Positions 24,674 to 37,829 are shown, counted from the stretch's first letter. The stretch: DNA of 64,000 nt from Mobula hypostoma (GCF_963921235.1 NC_086097.1:1426001-1490000); one strand, 5' to 3'. Made by a program: numbers and translations. Notes: generated by a model from the letters alone, not told the origin.

Positions 24674-26623
24674 TGGCATCTCAGGGGGGAGGGGGGGACA
24701 TGTTACTAGCAATACATCAAGGAAAACCCTAAAGCAAAAAACCCTATTCCTGAAAGCTCAGTGGGGCCAAGCTCCAGTGTATCGCTACGAATGGAGGGTA
24801 CTTATGCTCGAGCCATACTTGACACCAGCTCTCAGGTTACGCTGCTGTATTGTTTGTTTTACAACTGGTATTTGAGGCATTTACCACTGACGCCACTCAC
24901 TGTACTAGAAATCTGGGGTCTTAGTATGGATGATTACCTATATGATGGTTAATTGTCATTGAAGCTGGAGTTTTCGGAGGCAGATGTGGCAGTAGCTGAG
25001 GTGCTTGATACATTATTGTTGGTTTGTCTGGACCCGATTGAAAAGGGCGCAGTTTCAATTCTTGTGGGGACAAATACTCCTATTGTGAGGAAGCTAATGA
25101 GAGCCTCCAAGGAGCAAGATGGAGAGATCTTTCTGGAAACATTTTCCATTCGCCCTGTGTTCCAAGCTGCTTTTGAGGAAGTGCGTGGCCACATTGGGCT
25201 GGATGATGAGCATAACGAGGAACTGTGTGGTACATCCATTCTAAACTGGTCATGTTACAGCCCGGGGAAGTAGATAGAGTGACAAAAAAAACCCAAATTT
25301 CACAGAATGCCTGATGCCAAGCCCCTCCTGATGGATACTCCGGAAGACCACGAAGAGGAGTCATGCCTATCTGCTGGGGTACTGCTGAGGCCTGAACAGG
25401 ATGAGAGTGATTGTCAGGAACACTTTGGAGAGGGAGGTCACTCTCAGGCGGAGGATGCCAATGGCACACCTCTTTCTGGTGATGGTAATGACTAGTGTCC
25501 TTGTGAGACAAGCCAGGGAGAAACTGTCTGAAAAAGGGAAAGTTGACTGCTGAGTTATCCAACTTCGGAGACTCCCCAGTACCTGAAGGTTGAAAGAGGA
25601 GGTTGACAGAGCAGATGTTGAAGTTGGAGGATGTCTTTTCTATTGACAAGAAACTCCCCAATAATTGATGAAGAGATTCCCAACCCTGTTCATGCTGAGT
25701 CAGGTGAAATGGGGGAACTAGCAGTGGACAGGCAGGTTTGCGGTTAGGAAATGAGCGGGGTCGGGGAGATTGGACTCTGAAGTAACTGGACATGAAGGCG
25801 AACTCAGCCAAGTGACGAGGCAACCTCAGTTGTCGGGAGGCACGATTATTGAACAGGGAGGGGCTTTCCCAGGTAGACAGGAAAGAGCCCAGGGAGTGTC
25901 TGAAGCTGAAGGAGTAGATGATGGGGTAAAGAGGTCTCAAAAGAGTCAGGAAACCCCCAGACAGACTGGCCCATGTCGCAGCCGGGGAACAGAGTATGGC
26001 ACCTATCCCCTATGTCACTGCCATTTACACCTGGTTTAGACTTTGTGCTTTGTATGAAGGGGTGACAAATTATCTCAACGTCATGAGGGCTTGACTAATT
26101 TTTGGTGGAGTGCAACATCCTGGGAAAGATCTCACTGCTAACGTAATGGTCTTTCTGTAGAAGCAGTGTTTGGATTATGGTTAGAGATAACAGGTGCATT
26201 GGAATGTGAAATGGGTCCTTTGTTTGGCGGGAACTGACGAGGGAAGACGCTGGAGAGAACTGATCATAAGATTAGACTTGCTGGAGGACCATGATTCGAT
26301 GGAGCCAGATGCCAAGATCGAATGAGGATCGGTGAACATTAATTTTGGGAAGAACTGAGCTCCAACATGCACATTTGACTCCTTAATTATAATGTGCCCT
26401 CTTGTTTTTTTCTCTTTTCTTTATTAACCTCTAAGATTCATAAACATAATTCCTTTAATCGCATGTTGTTTCTTGGCACGGAGTTGTAACAGGGTGGCAA
26501 GTTACACAGCATCCACACAAACCGGGGTTTGGGGTGGGAGAGCAGTCTCAATCTCCAGTGTCTGGCGAGACCGCAGTGTGTATTACCTCAACTTAAGCAG
26601 CCAAGGAAACCAGCGGGGTTTCA

Positions 26624-28003
26624 TAAGAAATGCAAGAGAACATTTGAGCAGGAAATCAGGAGGGCTAAAAAAAGACACAAGGTTGCTCCAGCAGACAAGA
26701 TGTAGGACAATTCCAAGAGCTTCCACAAACTTATGAAGAGCAAGAGGATAGCAAGAGACAAAATTGGCCCTTTGGAGCCAAAAGAGATGGGTAGTGTGGT
26801 AGAAGAGTCATCTGGGAATACAGATCCACAATTCTACGAAAGTAGCATCACAAATAGATAGGTTCACAAAGAAAGCTTTTGGCACATTGGCCTTCATAAA
26901 TCAAAGTACTGAGTACAGGAGTTGGAAAGTTGTGTTGAAATTGTACAAGATGTAGGTGACGCATATTTTGGAGTACTCTGTGCAGATCTGGACACCAACC
27001 TACAGGAAATATGTAAAAAAAAAGACTGAAAGTGTCCAGAGAAAATGACAAGGATGTTTCCCAGACTTGGGGACGAGAGTATATTGAAAGGCTGAATAGG
27101 GACAGACTTTATTCCAGTGAATGTAGAAGATTGAGGGCAGTTTTGATGGAGGTATACAAAATTATTAGGGGTATAGATGGGGTAAATGCAAGCAGGCTTT
27201 TTCTGCTGAGACCTCTGGTCAAGATGGTGCTCGAGTACAATGCTCCTTCAGTCAACATCCTCTGGATAGATTATGAAGCCATACATTTCACACCTTTTAT
27301 GTCTTTTACATTTGCTTTTCATCTTTGATGTGATTCTGGAACTGTTAGTGCCTATGATTTACCATTTGGAGATCATTTGGATGTTCCAGCACTTTACAGT
27401 CTCAAAGAGGATTCCGGAAGGCAGAGGCAGCATTCACAAATCACACGGCAAGCAGGCTGCGGGACAGAGCAGGACCCGATATTCGACTCCATTTCACCAA
27501 TTAAAACTTCCATTGTTCACCGATTAAACCAACCAGAGGCAAATGTGGAAGGTGAGTGTTGGCTGCCTGCCTTTTGATCGCTCAGCTACCAGAGAGGGGA
27601 GACCCTGCCACTGTACCCGGAGAATGTTATCCAGGTTTTCTTCATTTTGGATATGGACTTGGACTATAGAATTGTTTTCAGTCTTCTTGTTTTTTTAATA
27701 TTCTGAGTTTTTCTTCCCAATCTTTCTCAGGTCTTTTATTGTGCAGGAGGAGGGATTTGGGGATTGACGATTGTGCTGCCTTTCTTGGTTTCATGGCTAC
27801 CCGGAAAAGAATTTCAGAGTTGTATACTTTGATAATAAATGAAGCTTTGAAGAGTGAAAGCTGAAATGTTTAAGGGAAACATGAGGGGCTATTTCTTCAC
27901 TCAGAGGGTGGTGAGAGTGTGGAACGAGCTGCCAGTGCAAGTGGTGGGTGTGGGGTCGATTTCAACATTTAGGAAAAAGTTGGATAGGTACATGGACAGC
28001 AGG
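26624..28003 (+). mobile_element. Old CR1 continuation and 3' end, split by a ~640-bp insertion at 27211-27851
   Basis: CR1 C-terminal sequence (GVNASRLFLLR ... VKAEMFKGNMRGYFFTQRVV) lies on both sides of the insertion. Confidence 0.75.
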
Positions 28004-28039
28004 GGAGTGCATGGTCCTGCACGTTTTCCCTGGAGCGGG

Positions 28040-31000
28040 GAGGTTAAGAGGGAACTTGATGATGGTGAGGACAATATGAGTGAGGTTGATGTTCTGGAGC
28101 ATGTTGATATTAAGGGAGAGGAGGTGTTGGAGTTGTTAAAATACATTAGGACGGATAAGTCCCCAGGGCCTGATGGAATATTCCCCAGGCTGCTCCACGA
28201 GGCCAGTGAAGAGATTGCTGAGCCTCTGGCTAGGATCTTTATGTCCTCGTTGTCCACGGGAGTGGTACCGGAGGATTGGAGGGAGGCGAATGTTGTCCCC
28301 TTGTTCAAAAACGGTAGTAGGGACAGTCTGGGTAATTATAGACCAGTAAGCCATACATCTGTGGTGGGAAAGCTGTTGGAAAAGATTCTTAGAGATAGGA
28401 TCTATGGGCATTTTGAGAATCATGGTCTGATCAGGGACAGTCAGCATGGCTTTGTGAAGGGCAGACCGTGTCTAACAAGTCTGATGGAGTTCTTTGAGGT
28501 GACCAGCCATATAGATGAGGGTAGTGCAGTGGATGTGATCTACATGGATTTTAATAAGGTATTTGACAAGATTCCATACGGTAGGCTTATTCAGAAAGTC
28601 AGAAGGCATGGGATCCAGGGAAGTTTGGCCAGGTGGATTCAGAATTGGCTTGCCTGCAGAAAGCAGAGGGTGGTGGTGGAGGGAGTACATTCAGATTGGA
28701 GGATTGTGACTAGTGGTGTCCCACAAGGATCTGTTCTGGGACCTCTACTTTTCATGATTTTCATTAACGAACTGGATGTGGGGGTAGAAGGGTGGGTTGG
28801 CAAGTTTGCAGACAACACAAAGGTTGGTGGAGGTGCAGATAGTGTAGAGGATTGTCGAAGATTGCAGAGAGACATTGATAGGATGCAGGAGTGGGCTGAG
28901 AAGTGGCAGATGGAGTTCAACCCGGAGAAGTGTGAGGTGGTACACTTTGGAAGGACAAACTCCAAGGCAGAGTACAAAGTAAATGGCGGGATACTTGGTA
29001 GTGTGAAGGAGCAGAGGGATCTGGGGGTACATGTCCACAGATCCCTGAAAGTTGCCTCACCGGTAGATAGGGTAGTTAAGAAAGCTTATGGGGTGTTAGC
29101 GTTCATAAGTCGAAGGATAGAGTTTAAGAGTCGCGATGTAATGATGCAGCTCTATGAAACTCTGGTTAGGCCACACTTGGAGTACTGTGTCCAGTTCTGG
29201 TCGCCTCACTATAGGAAGGATGTGGAAGTACTGGAAAGGGTACAGAGGAGATTTACCAGGATGCTGCCTGGTTTAGAGAGTATGCATTATGATCAGAGAT
29301 TAAGGGAGCTAGGGCTTTACTCTTTGGAGAGGAGGATGAGAGGAGACATGATAGAGGTGTACAAGATAATAAGAGGAATAGATAGAGTGGATAGCCAGTG
29401 CCCCTTCCCCAGGGCACCACTGCTCAATACAAGAGGACATGGCTTTAAGATAAGGGTTGGGAAGTTCAAGGGGGATATTAGAGAAAGGTTTTTTACTCAG
29501 AGAGTGGTTGGTGCGTGGAATGCACTGCCTGAGTCAGTGGTGGAGGCAGATACACTAGTGAAGTTTAAGAGACTACTAGACAGGTATACCAAATTGGTAA
29601 AGGTGCTGAGGAAGAGGATTTCTTGGAATGTATGCGGGATGGTTTTTTGAACCAACATGTCAAGGAACCAACTAGAGAGCAGGCTATTCTGAACTGGGTT
29701 TTGAGCAATGAGGAAGGGTTAATTAGAGATCTTGTCGTGAGAGGCCCCTTGGGTAAGAGTGACCATAATATGGTGGAATTCTTCATTAAGATGGAGAGTG
29801 ACATAGTTAATTCAGAAACAAAGGTTCTGAACTTAAAGAAGGGTAACTTTGAAGGTATGTGACGTGAATTAGCTAAGATAGACTGGCAAATGACACTTAA
29901 AGGATTGACGGTGGATATGCAATGGCAAGCATTTAAAGGTTGCATGGATGAACTACAACAATTGTTCATCCCAGTTTGGCAAAAGAATAAATTAAGGAAG
30001 GTAGTGCACCGTGGCTGACAAGAGAAATTAGGGATAGTATCAATTCCAAATAAGAAGCATACAAATTAGCCAGAGAAAGTGGCTCACCTGAGGACTGGGA
30101 GAAATTCAGAGTTCAGCAGAGGAGGTCAAAGGGCTTAATTAGGAAGGGGAAAAAAGATTATGAGAGAAAACTGGCAGGGAACATAAAAACGGACTGTAAA
30201 AGCTTTTATAGATATGTAAAAAGGAAAAGACTGGTAAAGACAAATGTAGGTCCCCTGCAGACAGAAACAGGTGAATTGATTATGGGGAGCAAGGACATGG
30301 CAGACCAATTGAATAATTACTTTGGTTCTGTCTTCACTAAGAAGGACATAAATAATCTTCCAGAAATAGTAGGGGACAGAGGGTCCAGTGAGATGGAGGA
30401 ACTGAGCGAAATACATGTTAGTAGGGAAGTGGTGTTAGGTAAATTGAAGGGATTGAAGGCAGATAAATCCCCAGGGCCAGATGGTCTGCATCCTAGAGTG
30501 CTTAAGGAAGTAGCCCAAGAAATAGTGGATGCATTAGTGATAATTTTTCAAAACTCGTTAGATTCTGGACTAGTTCCTGAGGATTGGAGGGTGGCTAATG
30601 TAACTCCACTTTTTAAAAAAGGAAGGAGAGAGAAACCGGGGAATTATAGACCGGTTAGCCTAACGTCGGTGGTGGGGAAACATCTGGAGTCAGTTATCAA
30701 GGATGTGATAACAGCACATTTGGAAAGCGGTGAAATGATCGGACAAAGTCAGCATGGATTTGTGAAAGGAAAATCATGTCTGACGAATCTCATAGAATTT
30801 TTTGAGGATGTAACTAGTAGAGTGGATAGGGGAGAACCAGTGGATATGGTATATTTGGATTTTCAAAAGGCTTTTGACAAGGTCCCACACAGGAGATTAG
30901 TGTGCAAACTTAAAGCACACGGTATTGGGGGTAAGGTATTGGTGTGGGTGGAGAATTGGTTAGCAGACAGGAAGCAAAGAGTGGGAATAAACGGGACCTT

Positions 31001-32160
31001 TTCAGAATGGCAGGCGGTGACTAGTGGGGTACCACAAGGCTCAGTGCTGGGACCCCAGTTGTTTACAATATATATTAATGACTTGGATGAGGGAATTAAA
31101 TGCAGCATCTCCAAGTTTGCGGATGACACGAAGCTGGGTGGCAGTATTAGCTGTGAGGAGGATGCTAAGAGGATGCAGGGTGACTTGGATAGGGTGGGTG
31201 AGTGGGCAAATTCATGGCAGATGCAATTTAATGTGAATAAATGTGAAGTTATCCACTTTGGTGGCAAAAATAGGAAAACAGATTATTATCTGAATGGTGG
31301 CCGATTAGGAAAAGGGGAGGTGCAACGAGACCTGGGTATACACCAGTCATTGAAAGTGGGCATGCAGGTACAACAGGCGGTGAAAAAGGCGAATGGTATG
31401 CTGGCATTTATAGCGAGAGGATTCGAGTACAGGAGCAGGGAGGTACTACTGCAGTTGTACAAGGCCTTGGTGAGACCACACCTGGAGTATTGTATGCAGT
31501 TTTGGTCCCCTAATCTGAGGAAAGACATCCTTGCCATAGAGGGAGTACAAAGAAGGTTCACCAGATTGATTCCTGGGATGGCAGGACTTTCACATGAAGA
31601 AAGACTGGATGAACTGGGCTTGTACTCGTTGGAATTTAGAAGATTGAGGGGGGATCTGATTGAAACACATAAAATCCTAAAGGGATTGGACAGGCTAGAT
31701 GCAGGAAGATTGTTCCCGATGTTGGGGAAGTCCAGAACGAGGGGCCACAGTTTGAAGATAGAGGGGAAGCCTTTTAGGACCGAGATTAGGAAAAACTTCT
31801 TCACACAGAGAGTGGTGAATCTGTGGAATTTTCTGCCACAGGAAACAGTTGAGGCCAGTTCATTGGCTATATTTAAGAGGGAGTTAGATATGGCCCTTGT
31901 GGCTACGGGGGTCAGGGGGTATGGAGGGAAGGCTGGGGCAGGGTTCTGAGTTGGATGATCAGCCATGATCATAATAAATGGCGGTGCAGGCTCGAAGGGC
32001 CGAATGGCCTACTCCTGCACCTATTTTCTATGTTTCTATGTTTCTATATGGAGGAATTTAAGGTGGGGGCTTATATGGGAGGCAGGGTTTGAGGGTTGGC
32101 ACAACATTGTGGGCCAAAAGGCCTGTACTGTGCTGTACTATTCTACGTTCTATGTTCTAT
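28040..32160 (+). mobile_element. Young CR1 (RT open 28040-29588; 3' UTR resumes 32045-32160) hosting a nested CR1
   Basis: RT within ORF 27854..29650; the uninterrupted junction GACAGGTATATGGAGGA is seen in the sister copy at 925-1068. Confidence 0.92.
29589..32044 (+). mobile_element. Young CR1 of a different subfamily, nested in the previous CR1
   Basis: 557-aa RT ORF 30276..31949 with KFADDTK; (TTTCTATG)n tail; TATA duplicated at both junctions. Confidence 0.95.
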
Positions 32161-33412
32161 TAGCAAGGTGTATAAAATTATGAGCGGTACAGGTAAGGGG
32201 TAACAATTTCTGCAATCTACCTTATCAGACGTGGGGTAAAAACAGAGAGCACTTCGGGCAGAGATGAGAGATTTGGAGGGAATCGAAGGGGGACCTTTTT
32301 TTCCTGACCAGATATTGGCGAATACCTGGGATACAGTGCTGGGGCCTGCTGCAAGCAGAGACACTGACAACATTTAGTTGGCGTCTACATGAGAACTAGA
32401 ATTGTCTGGGCATTGAAGGTACCATTGATACCAACAACATAGGTAGAAAAAGGGAGGAGGTCCAAAAACAGAATGCAGGGAATTAGGAAGGAGGTTAAGA
32501 GGTAAGATCTCAGGGGTAGTAATCTGGGGATTGCGGCTTGTACCACATGACAGTGAGGATAGGAATAGAATGAGGTGGCAGATAAATGCGTAGCAGAAGA
32601 ACTGGAGCAGAGGGAAGGGATTCAGATTTCTGGATCATCTGGACCTCTTCTGGCGCAGGTGTGACCTGTACAAAAGAAATGGGTTGCACTTGAATCTGAG
32701 GGGGACCAATATCCTTGTGGGCAGATTTGCTAGAGCTGTTGGGAGTGGTTTAAACTAATATGGCAGGGGAATGGGAACAAGTTCGATAGAGCTGAGGATG
32801 AGCCAGCAGGTTTACAAGTAGTTGATGGGAGTAACATGAATGTAAGGAAGGACAAGCCAATGCTTGTGTTCAAATGCAGAGACAGCAAAGAGTTAAATTG
32901 CACCACAGAGCCAAAATTCAAACGAGCGAAGAATGCAGGGTTGAAGGTGCTGTATTGAAATGGGTGTAGTGTTTGGAATAAGGTGGATGAACTCATGGTG
33001 TGATTAGAGATTGGTCGGTATGACATTGTGGGCATCACTGAGTCGTGGCTGAAAGGTGGTCACAGTTGGGAGCTTAATATCAAAGGTTATACTTTGTATT
33101 GTAAGCACAAGCAGAAAGGCATAGTGGCCCTGTTGGTAAGAGATGGAATTACATCTTCAGAAAGAGTTGCCAGAGGGTCAAAAAATGTCAAAACTTTGTG
33201 GGTGGAGTTAAGAAATTTCAAGGGTTAAAAAAACATTATGGGACTCATATATAGGCCTCCAAAGAGGAGCCAAGATATGTGGCTGAGATTGCAAAAGGAG
33301 CTGGAAAATTCAAATAATAAGGCTAATGACACAATTGTAATGGGGCACTTCAATATGCAAGGGGATTGGGAAATTCAGGTTGGAGCCGGATTGCAAGAGA
33401 GAGAATTTGTTG

Positions 33413-33908
33413 AATCAAGTCACGTCAAGTCAAGTCACTGTTTATTGTCATTTCCACCATAACTGCTGGTACAGCACACAGTAAAAACCAGACAACGTTT
33501 TTCAGGACCATGGTGCTACATGAACAGTACAAAAACTACACTGAACTACGTAAAGCAACACAAAACTACACTCGACTACAGACCTACCCAGGACTGCATA
33601 AAGTGCACAAAACAGTGCAGATATTACAATAAATAATAAACAAGACAATAGGCACAGTAGGGGGCAGTAGGTTGGTGTCAGTCCAGGCTCTGGGTATTGA
33701 GGAGTCTGATGACTTGGGGGAAGAAACTGTTACATAGTCTGGTCGTGAGAGCCCGAATACTTTGGTGCCTTTTGCCAGATGGTAGGAGGGAGAAGAGTTT
33801 GTATGAGGGGTGTGTGGGGTCCTTCATAATGCTGTTTGCTTTACCGATGCAGCGTGTGGTGTAAGTGTCTGTAATCGCGGGAAGAGAGACCCAGATGATC
33901 TTCTCAGC
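33413..33908 (-). mobile_element. Rex1/Babar 3' fragment
   Basis: (TCAAG)n tail; minus strand encodes LPSGKRHQSIRALTTRLCNSFFPQVIRLLN. Confidence 0.85.
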
Positions 33909-34993
33909 TAAGAGAACCTAAGAGGTGGCTTTTTAGAGCAGCTTGTGCTTTAGCCTATTCAGGGAAAGGCCATCTTAGTTTGGGTGTTGTATAATAATCC
34001 AGGTTTTTGTAGGGAACTTAAGGTAAAGGAACCCTTAGGGAGCAGTGATCATAATATGATTGAATTCATACTGCAACTTGAGAAGGAGAAGCTTAAGTCA
34101 GATGTATCAGTATCACAATGGATTAAAATGAATTACAGAGGCATGAGAGAGGCACTTGCCCAGGTGGATTGTAGGGGGATACTGGTGGGGATGGTGGCAG
34201 AGTAGAGGTGGCTTAAGTTTCTGGGAATAGTTCACAAGGCACAGGATAGACATGTCCCATAACAGAAGTTCTCAAATGGCAGGGATAGGCAACTGTGGTT
34301 GACAAGGGAAGTTAAGGACTGCATAAAAGTCAAGGAAAGGGTTAGGGGTAGGAAGTTGGACGATTGGGAAGTTTTCCAACAAAATGCAACTAAAAAGCTA
34401 TAAGATGGGAAAAGATGAAATATGAGGACAAACTAGCCAACAATATAAAGCAACATACCAGAAGTTTTCTCAGTTATATAAAGAGTAAAAGGGAGGTGAG
34501 ATTTGATATTGGACCACTGGAAAATGATTCTGGTGAGGTAGTAATGGGGGACAAAGAAATGGCAGATGAACTTAATGGGTACTTTGTATCAGTCTTCACT
34601 GTAGAAGACACTATCAGTGTGCCAGAGGTCCGTGAGTGTCAGGGAGCAGGAGTGATGCCATTGCTATTACAAAGGAAAAAGTGCTAGGCAAACTCAAATG
34701 TCTTAAGGTGGATAAGTCACCTGGACCAGATGGACTATGGCCCAGAGTTAAAAAGGTTGCTGAAGAGATAGCAGATGCATTGGTTATGATCTTTCAAGAA
34801 TTACTTGATTCTGGTATGGTTCCGGAGGGCCGGAAAATTGCAAATGTCACTCCACTTTTTAAAGAAGGGAGGAAGGCAAAAGAAAGGGAATTATAAGCCA
34901 GTTAGCCTAACCTCAGTGGTTGGGCAAGTGTTGGAGTCCATTATTAAGGATGAAGTTTTAGGGTAATTGGAGACAAATGATAAAATAAGTCAG

Positions 34994-35357
34994 AAACAAG
35001 AGAAAAATCTGCAGATGCTGGAAATCCAAGCAACACACACAAAACGCTGGAAACGTTGACTATAGAGTCTTGCCGAAGGGTTTCAGCCCAAAATGTCAAT
35101 TGTACTTTTTTTCTATAGATGCTCCTGGCCTGCTGATTTCCTCCAGCATTGTGTGTGTGTTGTTTGGATTTCCAGCATCTGCAGATTTTCTCTTGTTTGT
35201 GATTGGATTACTATACTGCGAAGTCTCTTCCAGGATGCCAGAAGTTTAAACTTTCCTTTCTGTCCTGCCGAAGGGTTTTCACCCAAAACGTTACGTGTAC
35301 TTTTTCTATACATGCTGCCTCATCTGCTGAGTTCCTCCAGGATTTTGTGTATTGCTT
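34994..35357. mobile_element. Penelope-derived non-autonomous insertion with inverted pLTR arms
   Basis: 16-bp TSD TGATAAAATAAGTCAG at 34978-34993 and 35358-35373; inverted arms 34994-35051 and 35142-35198. Confidence 0.85.
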
Positions 35358-35603
35358 TGATAAAATAAGTCAGCATGGTTTCTGTAAAGGGAAATCTTGC
35401 CTGACAAATCTGTTGGAGTTCTTCGAGGAAGTAACAGCAAGGTGGACAAAGGAGAGGCAGTAGATGTCATTTACTTGGATTTTCAGAAGGCATTTGATAA
35501 GATGCCACAAATGAGGCTGCTTAACAAGATAAAATCCCGCGACATTACAGTAAAGATACTGGCATGGATAGAGGAATGGCTGTTAGGCAGGAAGCATGAG
35601 TGG

Positions 35604-36480
35604 TGTGACAGGGTCCTGAATTACCCCTATGAACTGTGCTTTTGAAAAGAGAGAGAGGTATTTAACACCAACATCTTGTTTTTAAGAGAGAGAGAGAGGT
35701 GAAGACTGCTCACAGTACATTTACATTTCCCAAGGACATTGCCTGCTTGTACATTCTTACACAGCTAGAGAAGGGAGGAGTTATTTGACAGACAGTTGGT
35801 ACTCAGTACGGTGAGATAAACAGAGGGTCAGATGATAGACCTGACACACGATTTTGGACACTGAATGAGCTTTGTTGTGCCCACAGAAAAAGTGGGTTTT
35901 GGAGGATCGATCAGTGGCTCTCGCAGTGTGAACAGGGCGGGACCGGTGGCTAACCCTTGCCTGGGTTGATAATTCCACCACAGAAGAATGGTCTCCTTTG
36001 TTGTGGTCATGGTCAGTGACTTCTAAAGGTTTTCGGAGGACAACGGGAAGATCGACGGCATCAGCTCACCTGAAGACTCAATCTCTCTCTGTCTGTCTCT
36101 CTCTGTCTCTCTCCGGGATACTGTATATAATTTGCGGGCATCAGGGAGCCATTATTAATACGCGGGAGACTCCTGGAAGTTCCGGGAGAGGTGGGATGTC
36201 TGCTCTCTCTCCATCACTACTCAACTCTATACCATGAACTGAACTGAACTTTACTCATTATTGTAAGACCATCTATTTACCCCTAGACTTGAAGAAGCTT
36301 GGTTTTCCTATATACTCCACACTTACTTATATATAATCATTGCTAACCTGTTTGATTTATTTGCATTTATATTACTGTATTGTGTAGTTACGAATAAATA
36401 TTATTAGTTAATAGCAATACCGGACTCTAAAGTGTTTTCCATCTCTGCTGATTCTTTAACCCGTCATGGGGTTCGTGACA
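35604..36480. mobile_element. Solo LTR (877 bp), probably Gypsy
   Basis: TG...CA ends; 4-bp TSD GTGG at 35600-35603 and 36481-36484; host CR1 continues on both sides. Confidence 0.88.
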
Positions 36481-36559
36481 GTGGAAATAAAGGGGGCTTT
36501 TTCTGGTTGCCTGTCAGTGATTTAGATAATGGAATTGGTGGCTTTGTGGCAAAGTTCCC

Positions 36560-37800
36560 TATCTGCCTGTGATGCCACTTTCAATGAAATATGGGCGTGT
36601 ATTCCCAGATCCATTTGTTCTACCACACTCCTCAGTGCCCTTGCATACGCCGTGTAAGACCTACCCTGGTTAGGTCTACCAAAGTGCAACACCTCACATT
36701 CACACTTGTCTGCATTAAATTCCATCTGCCATTTTTCAGCCCGTTGTTTCAGCTGATCAAGCTGCAAGCCACGATAGCCTTGTTCATTGTATCCTACATT
36801 TGCCAGTATTTGGCCCATTAAATTCTTAATTTTTTTTCCCCCAGTGAGATTAAGATGGGTAATAATTCAGCCATGATGGAATGCCAGAGAACACTCAATG
36901 GGCCAAATGGCCTAATTCTGTTCCTATGTCTCATAATCCATGTACCTGTTCAACTTTCTTTTATAAGTTGTTATTCTACCTGATTACTTCCTCTAGCAGC
37001 TGATTCAACATAGTTAATTACCACCCTTCAAGTAAAAAAAAGTTGTCCTTCAGCTTTCTTTTAAATCTTTCCCCCTTTGCTTAAATCTTGATGCCCTACC
37101 ACTGGGAAATTGACTGAGTGTATTCCTCCCTACCCATGCCCCTCATGATTTTATAAAACTTTCCATTCAGTCACCTCTTGGTCTCCTATGGTTTAAAGAA
37201 TAAAGCCTCAGCCTGTCTAACCTTTCCTATAACTGAGCTCAAATCCTTATAAATCTCCTTATGAATCTCAGGGTTGTATTCTGTATACATACTTCACTAA
37301 CAAATGTACCTTCAACCTTCTTTGTGCACTTTCCAATTTAATAACAATGTTTCCTGTAGCAGGATGACTTAAACTGAACAAAACACTCCTAGTGCAGCCT
37401 CATCGCCATCTTGTAAACTGCACCACAACCTCCCAGCTTTTGTACTCAAATGACCTGACTTATGCAAAAAGCTTTCTTCACTACGTTGCCTACCTGTGAC
37501 TCCACTTTCAGGCTCCATGTACTTCTACTGCGAGGTGTGTGTCCCGCAACAACCTGCAGGATCCTGTCATTTACTGTGAAAGTCCTACCTGGATTTGACT
37601 TTCTAAAATGCAACATCTCACATTATCTGAATTCAACTCCATTTGTCATTTCTTGGCGTACTTACTCAGCTGATAAAGACTGCCACTGTAATTTTCATAA
37701 CTTTCTTCATTATCCACTATACTACCTATTTTAGTCTCATTTTGAGACTTGTGACCAGCAACGATGGGTCCAGTACCAATCACTAGGCACATCACAAGTT
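36560..37800 (-). mobile_element. Decayed CR1 fragments, mostly minus strand
   Basis: AEKWQMEFNADKC..EVLHFGR on the minus strand. Confidence 0.7.
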
Positions 37801-37829
37801 ATGTGTAGACAATCTTATAACATTATTTC

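Larger units (their letters stand above)
21412..26623 (+). mobile_element. Internally deleted Ty3/Gypsy LTR retrotransposon with PNMA-like gag and protease; no RT/RNaseH/IN seen
   Basis: Direct LTRs ~21412-21907 and 26111-26623 (3' LTR TG..CA); gag YRRLSTFSG..EWQC..KRHRLVESL..YLQALEDVF; zinc-knuckle remnant CYNHGDEGHFRREC; protease AILDTSSQVTLL; host CR1 resumes at 26624. Confidence 0.88.
32420..36560 (+). mobile_element. Decayed long CR1 (ORF1 SGNH-esterase remnant, endonuclease, RT) carrying three later insertions
   Basis: GLHLN..GTNIL esterase motif, GITESWL, SDHNMIEF, DFQKAFDK. Confidence 0.85.

Noticed and set aside
23556..24712. Long minus-strand ORFs (346 and 341 aa), and a CRISPR-like look of the array
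   Set aside because: They are translations of the 33-bp minisatellite; there are no unique spacers or cas genes, and the context is vertebrate.
27854..29650. 598-aa ORF as a single functional RT gene
   Set aside because: A chance in-frame fusion of three CR1 pieces, with no endonuclease domain.
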